A DNA stretch of 64,000 bases, taken from contig CM060731.1 of NCBI GenBank assembly GCA_030704615.1, positions 72,788,001 through 72,852,000 on the forward strand, read 5' to 3'. Positions within the stretch are counted from its first letter, which is position 1; every line of letters starts with the position of its first letter. This stretch comes from Takakia lepidozioides (lineage: Eukaryota > Plantae > Bryophyta). The position numbers and the translations under genes are program-made. Shown here in pieces: positions 12,791 to 25,095 of the stretch. Under the pieces are notes generated by a model. That model was given only the letters and a program-made list of their open reading frames with translations. It searched no databases and had not been told where the DNA came from.

Positions 12791-15700
12791 ATGAGGGCCC
12801 AGTGGTGGCAGCTCACATGGTTAGGCCATGTGTTACCAGAAGTAAGTACAATGATAATAACGAGAAGCAAAGCCAAACTAATACCTCCAGTAGTTGAGGA
12901 AGATGATGATAATGAAGATGGCAGTGATATGCCTGAAGATGATGAGGCTTGGAGAGATGAGAAGGAACTGCACAAGGAAGTGGCAGATACCATAAGGGAA
13001 ATGCAGAAGAGTACTGATATTCATATGGCAGATTCCTCTGATTCTGATGGAGAAGAAGAAGTGAGTGAGGATGAAAGGAAGAAAGAAGCTGCAGACATGC
13101 AGAGTAATGAAGGGACTTTGGCTGAGGTAATATGCCAGACCAAAGCGGAGATTACCATTGGACAGCTATTGGCTGTGGCACCTTATTGTAGACACAGGCT
13201 GTATCAAGCAATCAATCAAATTGCCCATGTGACAAGGAACACAGACCTGAACAGCAAGGTGACCAGTTATAATGTGAAGCCGGAAGGGCGAGAAACAGTC
13301 AGGGACTTTGATGATTCTATGCCAGTAATCCAATTGAGAATTGGAAGCACAGAACTAACTGATGTACTGATAGATGGAGGCTCTGGAGTGAATATCATGA
13401 CAGACCAATTAAGGCAGAAGCTTGGTCTAAGTAACATGAAACCAGCCCCATTTACAGTAACAATGGCAGATCAAAGAAGTGTACAGTCATTGGGATTGAT
13501 AAGAGGAGTTAAGATACAGATTCAAAAGATCATCTTTATGATCACAGTAACTGTGTTAAAAATGGATGAAGTCATGGAAGCTTACTCCTTATTGTTGGGA
13601 CGTCCGTGGCTGAAACAGGCCCGGGTATTTCATGACTGGAATTCCCAGTTACTAACTGTGCATGATGGGATGCACAAGATACAAATTACCACTAAGAAAT
13701 CTAGTAGATTACCTGCTACGAGAAGACCTTGAGGGATCAGGGAGTATGACTGGAGGGGAGGACTTGATGAGGAGCAGGAAGCTACCTTGTTCGCTGCACA
13801 CCCAGAGTGGGAGCAGGTTGCAGAGATGTAGCTGGAAGGCCTAAGTTGTTTAAAAGGTATCTGTTGTGGTGTAGTGACAGCAACACCAATTGAAGGTGAA
13901 ATAAGCAGTTACCCACCACATTTTTATGAAGAAATAGAAGGAGAAATGGAAATCCTAGAGGAACCAGCCACTGTGAGTTTACAGGATGAAGTGGTAACTG
14001 GTTGGACAATCACAGCTGATGAGCAGGTGAGAGAAGTGAATGTGGGAACTGAAGAGGAACCGAGGATGGTGAAGGTAGGGGCTGGGTTGGAGCCATAATT
14101 CTTTGAGGAAGCTAAGAGTTTGTTCATCAAATATAGAGATGTATTTGCTTGGAGCTACGAGGATCTAAAAGGGATACCACCTGAGATCTGTCAGCATAAG
14201 ATTGAACTAGAACCAGGGTCAGTGCCAATCAAACAGGCAAGGTACAGAATGAATCCCAACTATGCACAGAAGGTTGGAGAAGAGATCAAGAAGTTGGCTG
14301 AGGCTAAGTTTATATACCCGATAGAGTATACAACTTGGTTGTCACCCATTGTGATAGTTCCCAAGAAAAATGGTAAACTGAGAGTTTGTGTGAACTATAA
14401 GAAGTTGAATGCTTGCACGAAGAAAGATCATTTTCCTTTGCCATTCACAGAAGCGGTATTGGACACTATGGCAGGCCATGAGATGTACTCATTCATGGAT
14501 GGCTTCAGTGGTTATAATCAAGTGCAAGTGGCAGAAGAAGACCAGGGGAAGACAACTTTCATCACAGACTGGGGTGCTTATGCATACAAAGTCATGCCTT
14601 TTGGACTTTGTAATGCACCAGCAACCTTTCAGAGAGTGATAAGTGAATCTTTTCATGAGTATCTGGATGATTTCATGCAGGTGTTCTTGGATGATTTCAG
14701 TGTGTACAGCTCTAAGAATGAGCACTTGCATAAATTGGAGTTATGTTTGGCCAGATGCAGGATGAGAGGTCTGGGCCTGAATCCATAGAAGTGTACTTTC
14801 TGTGTAAACTCAGGGGTGCTTTTGGGACACATTGTGTGTAAGAGGGGACTTCTTGTGGATCCCAGGAAGACAGAGGCCATTAAAGCCTCTCCACCACCAG
14901 TAAATGTTAAGAGACTAAGGAGATTCCTTGGACAAACCAGTTATTACAGAAGATTTGTCAAAAGGTATGCACAAATAGCAGCAACATTGAGCAAGCTTCT
15001 GAAGAAAGATGCAGTGTTTGCATGGACAGCTGAATGTCAACAGGTTTTTGAGGAACTTACATTGTCAGTAACAACTACACCTGTGCTGATTAATCCTCAC
15101 TGGCATGTAGTATTTCATGTTCACTGTGATGCCTCAGGAGAAACGTTGGGAGCGGTGTTAGCCCAAAATGTTACAGGAAATATAGATTCACCGATGTACT
15201 ATGCTAGCAGGTTGATGAACAGTGCTGAAAAGAACTATAGCACAACTGAAAGAGAAGCACTGGCAATGATTTATGCAGTCAAGAAATTCAGGCATTACCT
15301 ATTGGGAAGAAAGTTTATGTTTTATGTGGATCACCAGGCTCTGATATATCTGGTGAACAAACCTTTGATAAGTGGAAGGATAGCAAGGTGGTTAATAATC
15401 TTGCACGAGTTTGAGTTCGAAGTTGTTTACAAGCCTGGCCGTTTGCATCTTGTGGCAGATCATTTGTCACGCCTAACAACAGGAGAGCCCGCCACAGGAG
15501 TAAACGACCAATTGCCTGATGCGAGTTTATTTGCAATGGAGGTGCAAGGAAGTGCAGATGAATGGTTAGATTGGCAGTGGCCAATCAGATACTATCTTAC
15601 TCATGGTCAGTGCCCACCTAGTTATGGTAAGGAGCAGAGGAAGAGAATCGCTATCAAGGCTTTACCTTATACTATGGTAGGGGGCAGAATGTATAAGCTA

Positions 15701-15967
15701 GGACCTGATGGAGTACTTAAACGATGCTTGTACCACCATGAAGTAAATAAAGTTTTGGAGGAAGTTCATAAAGGAGTGGCTGGAGGACATTTTGGAGAAG
15801 AGACTACCAGTAGGAAGATACTACTTGCAGGTTACTGGTGGCCTACTACTTGTTCAAGGATGTACACAAGTATTGTCAGAGTTGTGATGAATGTCAGAGG
15901 CTAGGACCTTTGCAGAGATCTGGGAAGATGGCTTTGCATCCTACGATGCCTACTGAACCATTTGCAA
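12791..15967 (+). pseudogene. pol: Pol of element 1: aspartic protease, RT, RNase H, integrase zinc-binding domain
   Basis: LIDGGSGVNIM and LLLGRPWL (PR); WLSPIVIVPKK, MPFGLCNAPATFQR, FLDD (RT); CDAS, NYSTTEREALA, VADHLSR (RNase H); H..GGHFG..YWWP..CQSCDECQR (IN HHCC). In-frame stops at ~13730, 14096, 14786. Confidence 0.93.
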
Positions 15968-16610
15968 CTTCAATCCGTGCGCTCTCAAGCCTCCAATACC
16001 ATCTGAAGGTGTCTCTCATGCTCCTCCACCGTAGCACTAAAGATGATGATATCATCTATGTAGCACCGAGCAAAGTCCACCCCTGCTAGAATCCTATCCA
16101 TGACTCTTTGAAACTCTGCAGGAGCGTTCTTAAGCCCAAATGGTAAGAACCGCCACTGATATAGGCAATCCTTGCCGTGCGCATTGATCCCCCAGAATGT
16201 CGACTTCTGCTTGTCCGCCTCCTTGATTGGCAACTGGTGATATCTGGATCGTAAATCCAAAGTGCTAAAGACCTTAGCATGCCCAATGGCATCAAAGATC
16301 TCCTCCGGTGTGGGCATGGCATACTTATTGGCCTTGGTCTGACGATTTACAGGCCGGTAATCACCGCACATACGTCTCTCCGTCCAATTGCCATAGACAT
16401 CCTTCTTGGCTGGCATCACTGTGGCTGAAGCATACTCTCCACCAGAGAGCTCCACCAAACCTGCCTCCCAGAGATCTTGAGTCCTCATCTGAATCAAAAG
16501 ACCTCTCCATGTCACTGTATCTATAGGGTCTCCGAAAGATTGGCGTGTCAGTGGCCAACTCAATACGGATCTCTTGACCCTTCAGTGCTCCCAAGTCCTT
16601 CAAACTGAAG
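15963..16610 (-). pseudogene. Reverse transcriptase of element 2 (partial)
   Basis: PIFRRPYRYS, YASATVMPAKKD..RRMCGDYRPVN, FSTLDLRSRYHQL, LPFGLKNAPAEFQRVMD, YIDD, H..HLQMVL..L.AHGLKL. Confidence 0.93.
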
Positions 16611-17059
16611 GCAAAGCAGTTCCTATAAGCCCTCAGGAACCGCCGTATATGTCGTCTCTCTCCTCCGGTGACAATGGGTCCAATGTCAGGCTCCCAATTG
16701 TCCTCCGTAACTGCAACCTTAAGTCCAGTGGGCTTAGAGGTAGAGGACGCGTCCAGTGGTTGCTATGTTGCAACCTCTTGAGCAGTAATCCTACCTGCTC
16801 AGTCAGTGACAAGGCCTCATCCTGCCCCATCATCTCATCCTCAAGGACTTCCTCCACCCGAGAAAAATCCCCAACCTCATCCATCACCGCCACCTTGGCT
16901 GCCAACTCCCTCTGAACCTCGAGCACCTCCCACGTGTGCCATGGATATCTGCACCCCGTGGTCCTCACATGCTCGCCCCCCACTCACTGCCTGTACCATC
17001 TCGGTAGGCAGAGAGACCATCGAGGGAAGTGTACTCCGCACTCTGCGTTGCTCAGCCAT

Positions 17060-17935
17060 AGCCAAGCTGATAATCCAGGTCAAGCAATTGAGATCCATTG
17101 CTTGCCCCAACACCTGACGACGTGATGCCTCAGAAAGAGACGACAAGCATCCCACAGGAGACCAGGTCCACTATCCCGGAAAGCATGCAATCCTGGGAAG
17201 CTGAGCAGTGTAGATAATGCTGCTTGTGGTTGACCTACCCTGTTGACCACTGCCAAAGGCGAACGGTCATCGTGTCTCACACGCTGAGACTGCCTCCCTG
17301 TGTCCAAAATGCTATCCACTATGAGGTGTGCTGGCTGCTGCACCCCATCAAATGCACGCTTGAGCAGTGTGGGTGGCATAAACTAGTCCATCATAGCCGT
17401 GGACGATGAGCCCGTGACCCCACTGTAGCTGCATCTAGCAACATTGCTGACCCAAGCCACGACCGGACTTGATGCACACTGGCCATCACCCTAGCCCGAG
17501 AATCGCCCATCAGTGGCATATTCTCCAAGATGTATGCTGGGGATACAGCTTGATGAAGCTGCAAGTGGCGCAAAACCCGCACCATCTCCCAAAACAGACC
17601 CGACCTCGAGTCTCGCAATCCATTGCCGGCTGATGAATGCCCTTGGCAGGGCCAATCTGCCACTACCAGATCAATGGAGCCAACCCGTTCCAAATCCTGC
17701 GCCCCCAGCAACGAAATATCTGCTGGCAAGACCTGCTGATATCCACGAACTGCAGACACTGGCAACAACTCAGGGTATTGCTGCACCAACTGAGCAACAT
17801 GGCAAAGTGAAACACGTCGTGCAGTTTCATCCCTCTCCACATACAGGTAACACCGAACTCGTACACCTGCCTGTAACACAACAGCCAATCCGGTGCTGAT
17901 CCCGCCAAACAAGTCCAGAAGACAAATGCCTTCAT
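17060..17935 (-). pseudogene. C5 cytosine DNA methyltransferase domain (DNMT3-like, unpermuted motif order) within the retrotransposon polyprotein
   Basis: Motif I LLDLFGGISTG, II YVERD, III DI, IV DLVVADWPCQ (catalytic PC), V RSGLF, VI ILENM, VIII AHRPRL*WT, X RRQVLGQAMD. One in-frame stop (17391-17393); motif IX is apparently lost at a frameshift near 17145. Confidence 0.9.
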
Positions 17936-18994
17936 CCAGATACTGCCACACAATAGGTGTGGTATCCAATGGTGACAATTGAGGTGGTCCTGGTGCAATC
18001 CCCGCACTCTCCTCCTCTCCTGATGGTACAAAAGCCTCCACCCAGACTTGTTGCACCCGTCGATCAGCAACCCGCTGCAAATCCTTGTTCTTGCCCCACA
18101 ATGGAGTCTGAGCAACCATGACAGACAACTCCGCCATACCATATATGTCATCCTGCTCTCCCGGAGGTGACACATCCTCTGAATGAGTGTTGCCCTCTAG
18201 CAACTTTGCAGGCCAAGTCACTACAGCTGTGAATGCTGCTAGTGTCGGCATCTTGCCCCGCTGGGCAACTGCAACTCCTCCTATGAACGTCACAGGGAGC
18301 TGCACAACTCCAGGTGTCACCATGGCGCGCTCAATGGCTGGCCTAGCTGGCAGCTCCATCAACCTGGCAGCTGCAGCTTACCATGGCGGCGCCGTGGCAG
18401 TCTTGACCCTCAAATCCGAGGATCCCTCCGGCACTACACCTCCCACTATCTCCGCAGAAGATGAAGTAACCTCCCCACTCTCACAGAGTGTAGCTGCCAG
18501 CCTAAACACCTCAGCTGGTCTTACCCCCGGCGTCACAATCATGGTAGCCGAGAACAATGGAGCCTGGCACACAGATGTGGCCGCTCCCAGCAGTACACTA
18601 GTTGCCGTAGCCTTGGCAACACTAGGTAACGGTGCTACCCATGTAGCTCTCCCCAATGACATAGTAACCTCCGCCTCGGTAACAGTCGGGCGAGAACTAG
18701 GTGCCATGGATGGCGTCGACACTGTCTCCGCCAATGTGAATGACTGAGGAAGCCTAGCCTGACGGCTTGCCTCCCCACGCTGTGGATCCAACTCCACTTT
18801 TGCACCTCGTGGCTCAGGAACTCGTGCTGCTCCTCGAGTCACGGCTACAGCAGACTCCACCTGCACTAGTGGTAGTGCTGCTCCGCACATGAATCCCATA
18901 CCTCCCATATCTCCTCCCTCAAGAGCAGGAGGTGGACCATCCGGCCTTGGAGCCGGTACCACCTGAGTTGTAGCCATGGCAGCGAGCCTCTGCT

Positions 18995-20351
18995 CTAGCT
19001 GCTAAAGCCGGTTGGCCATGCCTTGGTCAACACCCTGACCTCCACGTCCTTGGCCATGTTGAGCTTGCCCTTGGCCTGCACCTCGTGCCTGGCCACCTTG
19101 TCCTCTCTGGGCTGCTCCACCTCGCCCCCGGCCACCATTGTTCCCATGGAACTGGCCTGGGCGCAACTCAGGGCGCAAACCATAACACTGGGCCTCTCCA
19201 TGCCCGTGCTTGCCACAATGCCCACACTACAACTGTGCAGGCTGTGCATGTGCCGGCCCTTTGCCTCCCTCTGGGCAATCCTTCTTGACATGGGGTCCTC
19301 CACATGTCCAGCACACCACATCCGCCCGTTGTTGGCCAGCAAATGAAGGGAGAGACCCCTGCATCTGAGGTCCTCTCTGCCCTTCCATGAGCTTCACCTG
19401 AGCCCCCTTGTTGCCTTGAGCATGTTGAGGTAGTGGTTGGCTAGGAGCACCACTACCCCGTGGTGTCTCCTTAGCAAATCCCACCATGACCACTCGTTCC
19501 TCCACCATGTTGAGCTCTATCCGCTCTGCCAGCAAAGACACATTTGCTAAGGTGGGTTGGGCCGCTTGTAGGAGAGTTGCATCCCGCACCCTTCTCCTCA
19601 ACTCCTTGTCCAATATCCCATACCAGAATTGGACTGCCTGAGCTTCCGTAACCCCTTAGGTTACATTTATCAAGCGCCTCATGCGAGTGAAAGCCTCCCT
19701 CAAGCTCTCAGTAGGCTTCCATTGGAACTCTTGCAAGCTCCACAACTTCTCTGTGATCACCCCTTGGTAGTTCCCTCTTAACTCTTCGAAGAACTCCACG
19801 ACAGGGTTGAAGGCAGGCACCACCACTGGTGCTGGTGAAGCAGTAGCTTGGGTGGACGTCGTAGCTACGGTATCACCAGTTCTACTAGTCCCACTGCTGC
19901 TTGCTGAAGTTGTCGGTGCAGCGGCAGGTGTAGCCACTGCCCTCGTGGCTCTAGTGCCCCTAGTGATGGAGACATAGTCGGGTGACCAGTACATCCTCCA
20001 CTCCTCGATCTCAACCTCATGCCCCCGCCATAACTCATGGTAATCATCCATAGGTGGCCCCTCAAGGTGCTGAAACAGCCCCTTCCATGCCATGAAAGGC
20101 GTAAATAGTTGTGGATTGCACATTTGCTGCAAATCACACCAACTATCAAACTCTTGGATAAAATCATCCAACTCGATGGTGCCCACCGCCCCAGAGTACC
20201 TTTGTGGCCCCTTGGTAGCTCCATACATCTCCTCCATTGTGTCCCACAACAATGGCAAGGAAACAACTTGCACCGCCGGTGTGAGTCCTCGTGATTCACA
20301 TGGCCACTCATGACAGTTTAGCCATTTCTCCAAGGGGTTTAGCCACGCCAA
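18995..20351 (-). pseudogene. gag: Gag of element 2 with two zinc knuckles
   Basis: PQRYSG..LDDFIQEFDSWC, FQWKPTESLREAFTRMRRL, knuckles CWTCGGPHVKKDC and *CGHCGKHGHGEAQC; interrupted by stops. Confidence 0.8.
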
Positions 20352-21959
20352 GCTAGGGTTTGTGTCTCTTGGACTCTAGGCTTCTTTGCACCGAGCTATG
20401 GCGGCTGTGAAGAAATCAGCAAGGTATTCTGGCTTTTTCGGCTCCCACACACCACCAATAGTAGCCCTAAGCCATGAGGAAAATGGTTGCCACAAACCAA
20501 GCCTTCTTTCTCACTTAGACTCCCCAAACACACCACTAAACTCAATGGCAAACAACCAAGCCTTGCTGGTTTCCAGTCCTTGTGAGCACTCATTCAAGCG
20601 CTTCCTTGGCCATAGCATCTGTCTTAGAGCCTATTCCAGCCCCCTAAACCTGCCACTTCAAGAGCTACGCTCTATCTAGGCTTCAGGTTGAAACCCCAAC
20701 TCAAAACACGCTCTACAAGTGTCGGACTGTCACATAAGAGCAGATCAGCCCCTTACTTCTTTTCTTGCACTCCCAAACCTGAAAGTACAAGCCTTCAACA
20801 GGCTGAAAGCATGCTCCACACATGCATTGCCCTCACATAAGGGAAGTCAGCCCTTCCCTCTTCCTTGCTTGCCCTCCAAGCTTGAAGATGGAAGCTTCAA
20901 TGGGCTGTATGCAAGCTCCACACATTCATCCTCTTCACACAAGAGGTAATATCAGCCCCCTATCTTGGCTCATTGGCTCCTTGATGCTCTTTAAGACAAG
21001 ACTAAGCACTCCACAACCTTTGCCAAGCTCCTGAAACCCTAAGGCTTACATTTCCAGCCATAAGACACTCCTCTTGTGGTGCAAGACTCTTCTTCCAAGC
21101 TCTGAAACCCTAGGTGCACATTCCATGGCCTTGCGCACCTCTTAGCTCCTGTTCCAGCCCTGCTCTTGCCATGACAAGAGCCCTCTCAATGCTGAAGCTC
21201 GAGATTGAAACCCAATCTCAACATACTCCACAAAGTGCACTGATTTGCCCAGTTGACGTTCACGAAAAAAAATGGGAGGATGCAATAAATTACACCATGA
21301 TGTGAGGTCAGATATGTAAAACTTTTTGCAGAAAATGGTTGTCATATCAGATGACATACAAAACCAAACATAGAACAATCATGGCATGTGATAAAGAGGA
21401 TGATATGAAAGAATGTGTCCGCATACATTGATGATAAACATTCATATTTGATTAGAGATTGCAACTTTGGCGTTGCAGTCAGACCTAATGTAACGTCAAC
21501 TGTACATCTGTTGGACTTAATGTTATCCAACGGCTCGAAGCCATACAACGGCTTACACTAACCCATTAATATTACAGAGCCTCCTCCCAAACGGCTCGCA
21601 GTCAAGGCATGTGTTCGAAGATGCCTCCGGTTACCACAACCACTTGCAACGGTCTCCGCATTAGATGAAACGGAAATACTTTCGGAGAACTCGAACCTAG
21701 TAGTAACATTATCATTCGAAATGTTACTTGGAACTCTACTTGTTGAATCTCTTGCCCTTGAAGCCTACCGGGAAGCCCGCCATTCTTGCCAATCACGAAG
21801 CTCTTCTTCTTTTTTTCGAATTCGCTCCTTGAATGTGACTGGGCAAAACAATTTTCACATGACAAATGTCAGCTGAAATGTGGAACATTTGTAGAAAAAA
21901 ATGATAAAGTAAAAGTGCAAGTGGAAGACACTTTCAAGATCAAATTCTCCATAAACAAC

Positions 21960-22700
21960 AAACAGTGGGATAAGTACATACCAAGGTAATCAGGTTCCTT
22001 TTGTTGTGGGATCCAAACACGAGGATCAACATATCTTCCATACCAAGCCCAATAGGCATGGTCATGACCAATAGGCTTACGAGAACACTTGGCAGGGTTC
22101 TCGCTGATGTAATCTATGACTGTTGAAGCTGCAGTCATTTTCAATATATATGGCCACACAGCTTTTGTCATATCATCTTGGTCAACCAATCCCTTTGGTG
22201 ATGGCTTGTATGAAATAGGGAAGAATCCAGTATTTGGTGGGTTTCGGAGGCCCTTTGATGGCTCATCATCACCAAGGAGTATTTGTCCCTGCGTTGCAAA
22301 GGGTGTACCAGGGTACTTGGCAACAACAGTGCGAATATCTTTAACAAGATATTTCATCCCAGGCATGATATAACCAGTAGTGTCTTTGCAATCCTCAGCT
22401 GACCAGATGAAGCAAAACTTCTTCGCAATTTTCGTAGGAACTAAGCACTTGAGCATCCTACAAAGAACATGTCTTTCAGCACATGACTAGATCACCACGT
22501 GAAAATGCATGAACGCAAGGTTGAGAAACTCCAAGACTCCGGGCCGGGGAACCACAAAAGGTCTTTCGGGAACATGAACTGTAACTTTCCTGAAACAAAA
22601 TCTCTCCTTAAACAATTCACCGCCGGTTGTAGGTGGCCGGTAGCAAAGGAGACCATTGACACTCAATATTAAGAGCATCCGTTTCCTCTTCCCCGATGTT
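21960..22700 (-). pseudogene. FCP1/NIF (CTD-phosphatase-like HAD) domain, intronless and disrupted
   Basis: LLILSVNGLL (degenerate DxDGxL/DxNGxL), RPGVLEFL..FHVVI*S, FCFIWS.EDC, LVKDI, ILLGDDEPSK..NPPNTGFFP: the NIF/FCP1 signature order. One in-frame stop at 22487. Confidence 0.7.
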
Positions 22701-23964
22701 GCAAATGAAGGTTGATGGACGATACCAACCTGCGCAATTTAAGTGTTCTTGCCGTCAGAAACAACACAATGTAGTGTTTCTTAGTTTCAGAGTGACCTCT
22801 ACGTTTTCGGAGACATAAGTGTCCCGACAATGGACTACTGTAAATGACCAAGAGTAGACCATATATCGAAGAGTTCGAGATCACAAAAAGATGAACGTTG
22901 GCTGTCAAGTGGAGGTTAGTGGACGCACCTTGTCGGGAGGCGCATTCAAGAAGTTATGCGGCTCCATACTCGCTTGTATAGAAATTACGGAGTTAGTTTG
23001 GGACAGAAAAAAAAACTGTAAATGAAAGTGGAGAAATTGTTTTGAAATGTACCATTGAAGCCTTATTGGAATGTCTTGCAGAAGAACAGTGGATTCCCGC
23101 GGGCTTGGATTGACGAGGCGCCACAACATCCGAGGGAGTCCTCATGTGTTTGGAGTCCGTTTTTTTTTTTTGTCAGTCTTTTGTCATTTGGAATGATTCC
23201 CTGCAAAGGAAGGAAATGGCTCGGGGGCTGTTTTTCGCCTCTTTGGTGCAGAACATTGTGCGAGCAGTTCAGGGTCACGCTGTGTCGATGTTGGAGATAT
23301 TTTGTCATTGAACGAGGAGAGAAGTGGAGGGGCAACAACAGGCAAGCACAGAAAATTGTCCCTTGAGCACTCGACATCTTGGATGGAATGAAAACGCAAC
23401 GAAAGAATAATTTACCTCGGAACTGCATTCCAATGCAGATGTCGTTTGACAGGAAGGTCATAATCTGCAGATTTTCTTACCTGGAGCGACAGATGAATAT
23501 CGCCGCGACGGAAAGCCGTCACGGGCGGCGACGTGTTTTTTTTATTTGTGGGGCCAGGGGTCGCAAGCAGCGATGGCCCGCCGTCGCAAACACCATTTTT
23601 ACATTTCAAAAAAAGGGCGGGGTGCAGGCGTGTGACGGCTGGGCATCGCACGTAGGGGCCGTGCCTTTTTTTTTTCCTAAGTTCTTGAAGCACCTCCTTC
23701 CCCTCCCGTTTTCGTTTGTTCTTTGGGAGAGAGAGTTCAGAGAGTGGGGTTTAGGGTGGAGGAGAAACGCATTTGCTGTCCCAAGGAGTTTGCCCCAACG
23801 CCCTTCCAACGCCCACGGTAAGCACCGCCTTCTCCCTCACCTTTTCTCTTGCTCTCTTGCCCTAAGCACGGGCTGAATTCTCTCTCCCCTGTGTGGTAGA
23901 AACGCCGCGCAGAGGCGGGATCTAAACGAAACAAAACAAAACAAAAAAAGGTGGGGGGGGGGGA

Positions 23965-24578
23965 GTGACTGAGCAGAAGGGGTTGGGCTTTTGGCTCAGC
24001 CTCAAGACTTTCAAAGTTGGTAAACAGAGGTACAGGCACAATTCCCTTGATAGATTTGAAGAGACCGTCTCTTTGATGAGAGAACCCCGGACATCAGAAA
24101 ATGAATACTGTCTTCAGGTTGCCCACACAACGGGCAATTGCACTCTCCCTTTCCTCTCTGCTTCTATTTACTGTTCAAAGGTAGGCTTCATGCCCTGAGT
24201 TTAAATTTCAGTCTGGTGCCAAGAGTGGGATAGACCCTTGAGCACATCCATGATGTCCTCCCCCATGTCACAGACTGGAAACAGGTTCGGGGAAGTTTTC
24301 TTCCTAACTTCATTTTCATCAGACAATTTTCTGGTAATAGACATGGTTTTGGACACTACACTCTCTAAGTCAGATTTATCCAACAAGGTTAAGACTTGCG
24401 GGGCCAGATTCAGATCCTTGAGAATCTCTTCTACTCTCTTCTGCCAGGGCTTAGCCTGTTTGACAGGGCGGTCCTATTTCCAAGATATAGAGTAGATTAA
24501 CTTAGGTCATCTGGTGTTGGACATATGTTGTAGCTGAACCCACCATCTGACCTTTAATTTATCTCGTCGGGAGCTTAA
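23965..24578 (-). mobile_element. LINE fragment (3' part of ORF2), inverted copy of ~37983-38580
   Basis: Direct nucleotide similarity, e.g. reverse complement of atctcgtcgggagcttaa and ccctgagtttaaatttcagtct matches 37983 and ~38343-38364. Confidence 0.9.
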
Positions 24579-25035
24579 AAGAGAGCAGCACAGAAGAGAG
24601 GGAAGATACTCATGTCATGTCAAGACATGGACAAGACCCACTAGGGTCATTGTCAATTAAAGACATAAACAGCCCATGACAGGGCACCATCTAACACTTC
24701 CATTCTTGTCATAGCATACCAAATGACAACACCCATTCAGTCATGATAAAACAGGGTGGGGGGGCGGGGTCTATTCATGTTCAGATTCCTGACATGTACC
24801 CAAGTGACCCTCTTGCACAATAAAGGTTAAATTGCAGCCTCAAATTATAACACAAGCATCTTGATGGACCGGCGGGGAAATAATAAAAACCCCAAGGGGG
24901 TCATCATAAAGCAATGAAATAGCTAGTGAAAATGGGGACGAAATAGATTATAATTTAATTTTTGTTTTTGGCGCTTGTCACATCACATTGTGTTTAAGGA
25001 TAATTTGAGGCTAAATCTATTTACTGTGTGCTTGA

Positions 25036-25095
25036 GGCAGCCCAGTGGCTGTGTGGTTGTTCCGCACAAGGGTGATCGTGGGTTCAATCCTTCCT
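25036..25095 (+). repeat. tRNA-derived SINE-like head
   Basis: ggcagcccagtgg (A box) and gggttcaatcc (B box). Confidence 0.45.

Larger units (their letters stand above)
9208..15967 (+). mobile_element. Ty3/gypsy LTR retrotransposon 1 (non-chromoviral, Athila/Tat-like RT), 3'-truncated inside integrase
   Basis: Order LTR - ORF1 - gag - PR - RT - RNase H - integrase HHCC; several stops and frameshifts. Confidence 0.92.
15963..21230 (-). mobile_element. Ty3/gypsy LTR retrotransposon 2 carrying a C5-cytosine methyltransferase; 3'-truncated inside RT
   Basis: On the minus strand: gag (20351-19000), low-complexity linker, C5-MTase (~17935-17060), RT (~16610-15963). The 5' boundary is approximate; no LTR was recognised. 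Confidence 0.85.

Noticed and set aside
17060-17935. MTase as a host DRM/DNMT3 gene or bacterial restriction-modification contaminant
   Set aside because: No introns, no UBA/PWWP/ADD domains, no neighbouring endonuclease, and it is collinear with gag and RT on the same strand.
18187-18747. 186-aa plus-strand ORF (and similar plus-strand ORFs at 16574-17899 and 19023-19346)
   Set aside because: Antisense shadows of the GC-rich minus-strand polyprotein; no motifs.
20700-21300. 5' LTR/PBS of the MTase element matching the LTR at 58697-59126
   Set aside because: I could not find the diagnostic ctgccaca or tgtaagaac termini here, so the family link cannot be shown from this window.
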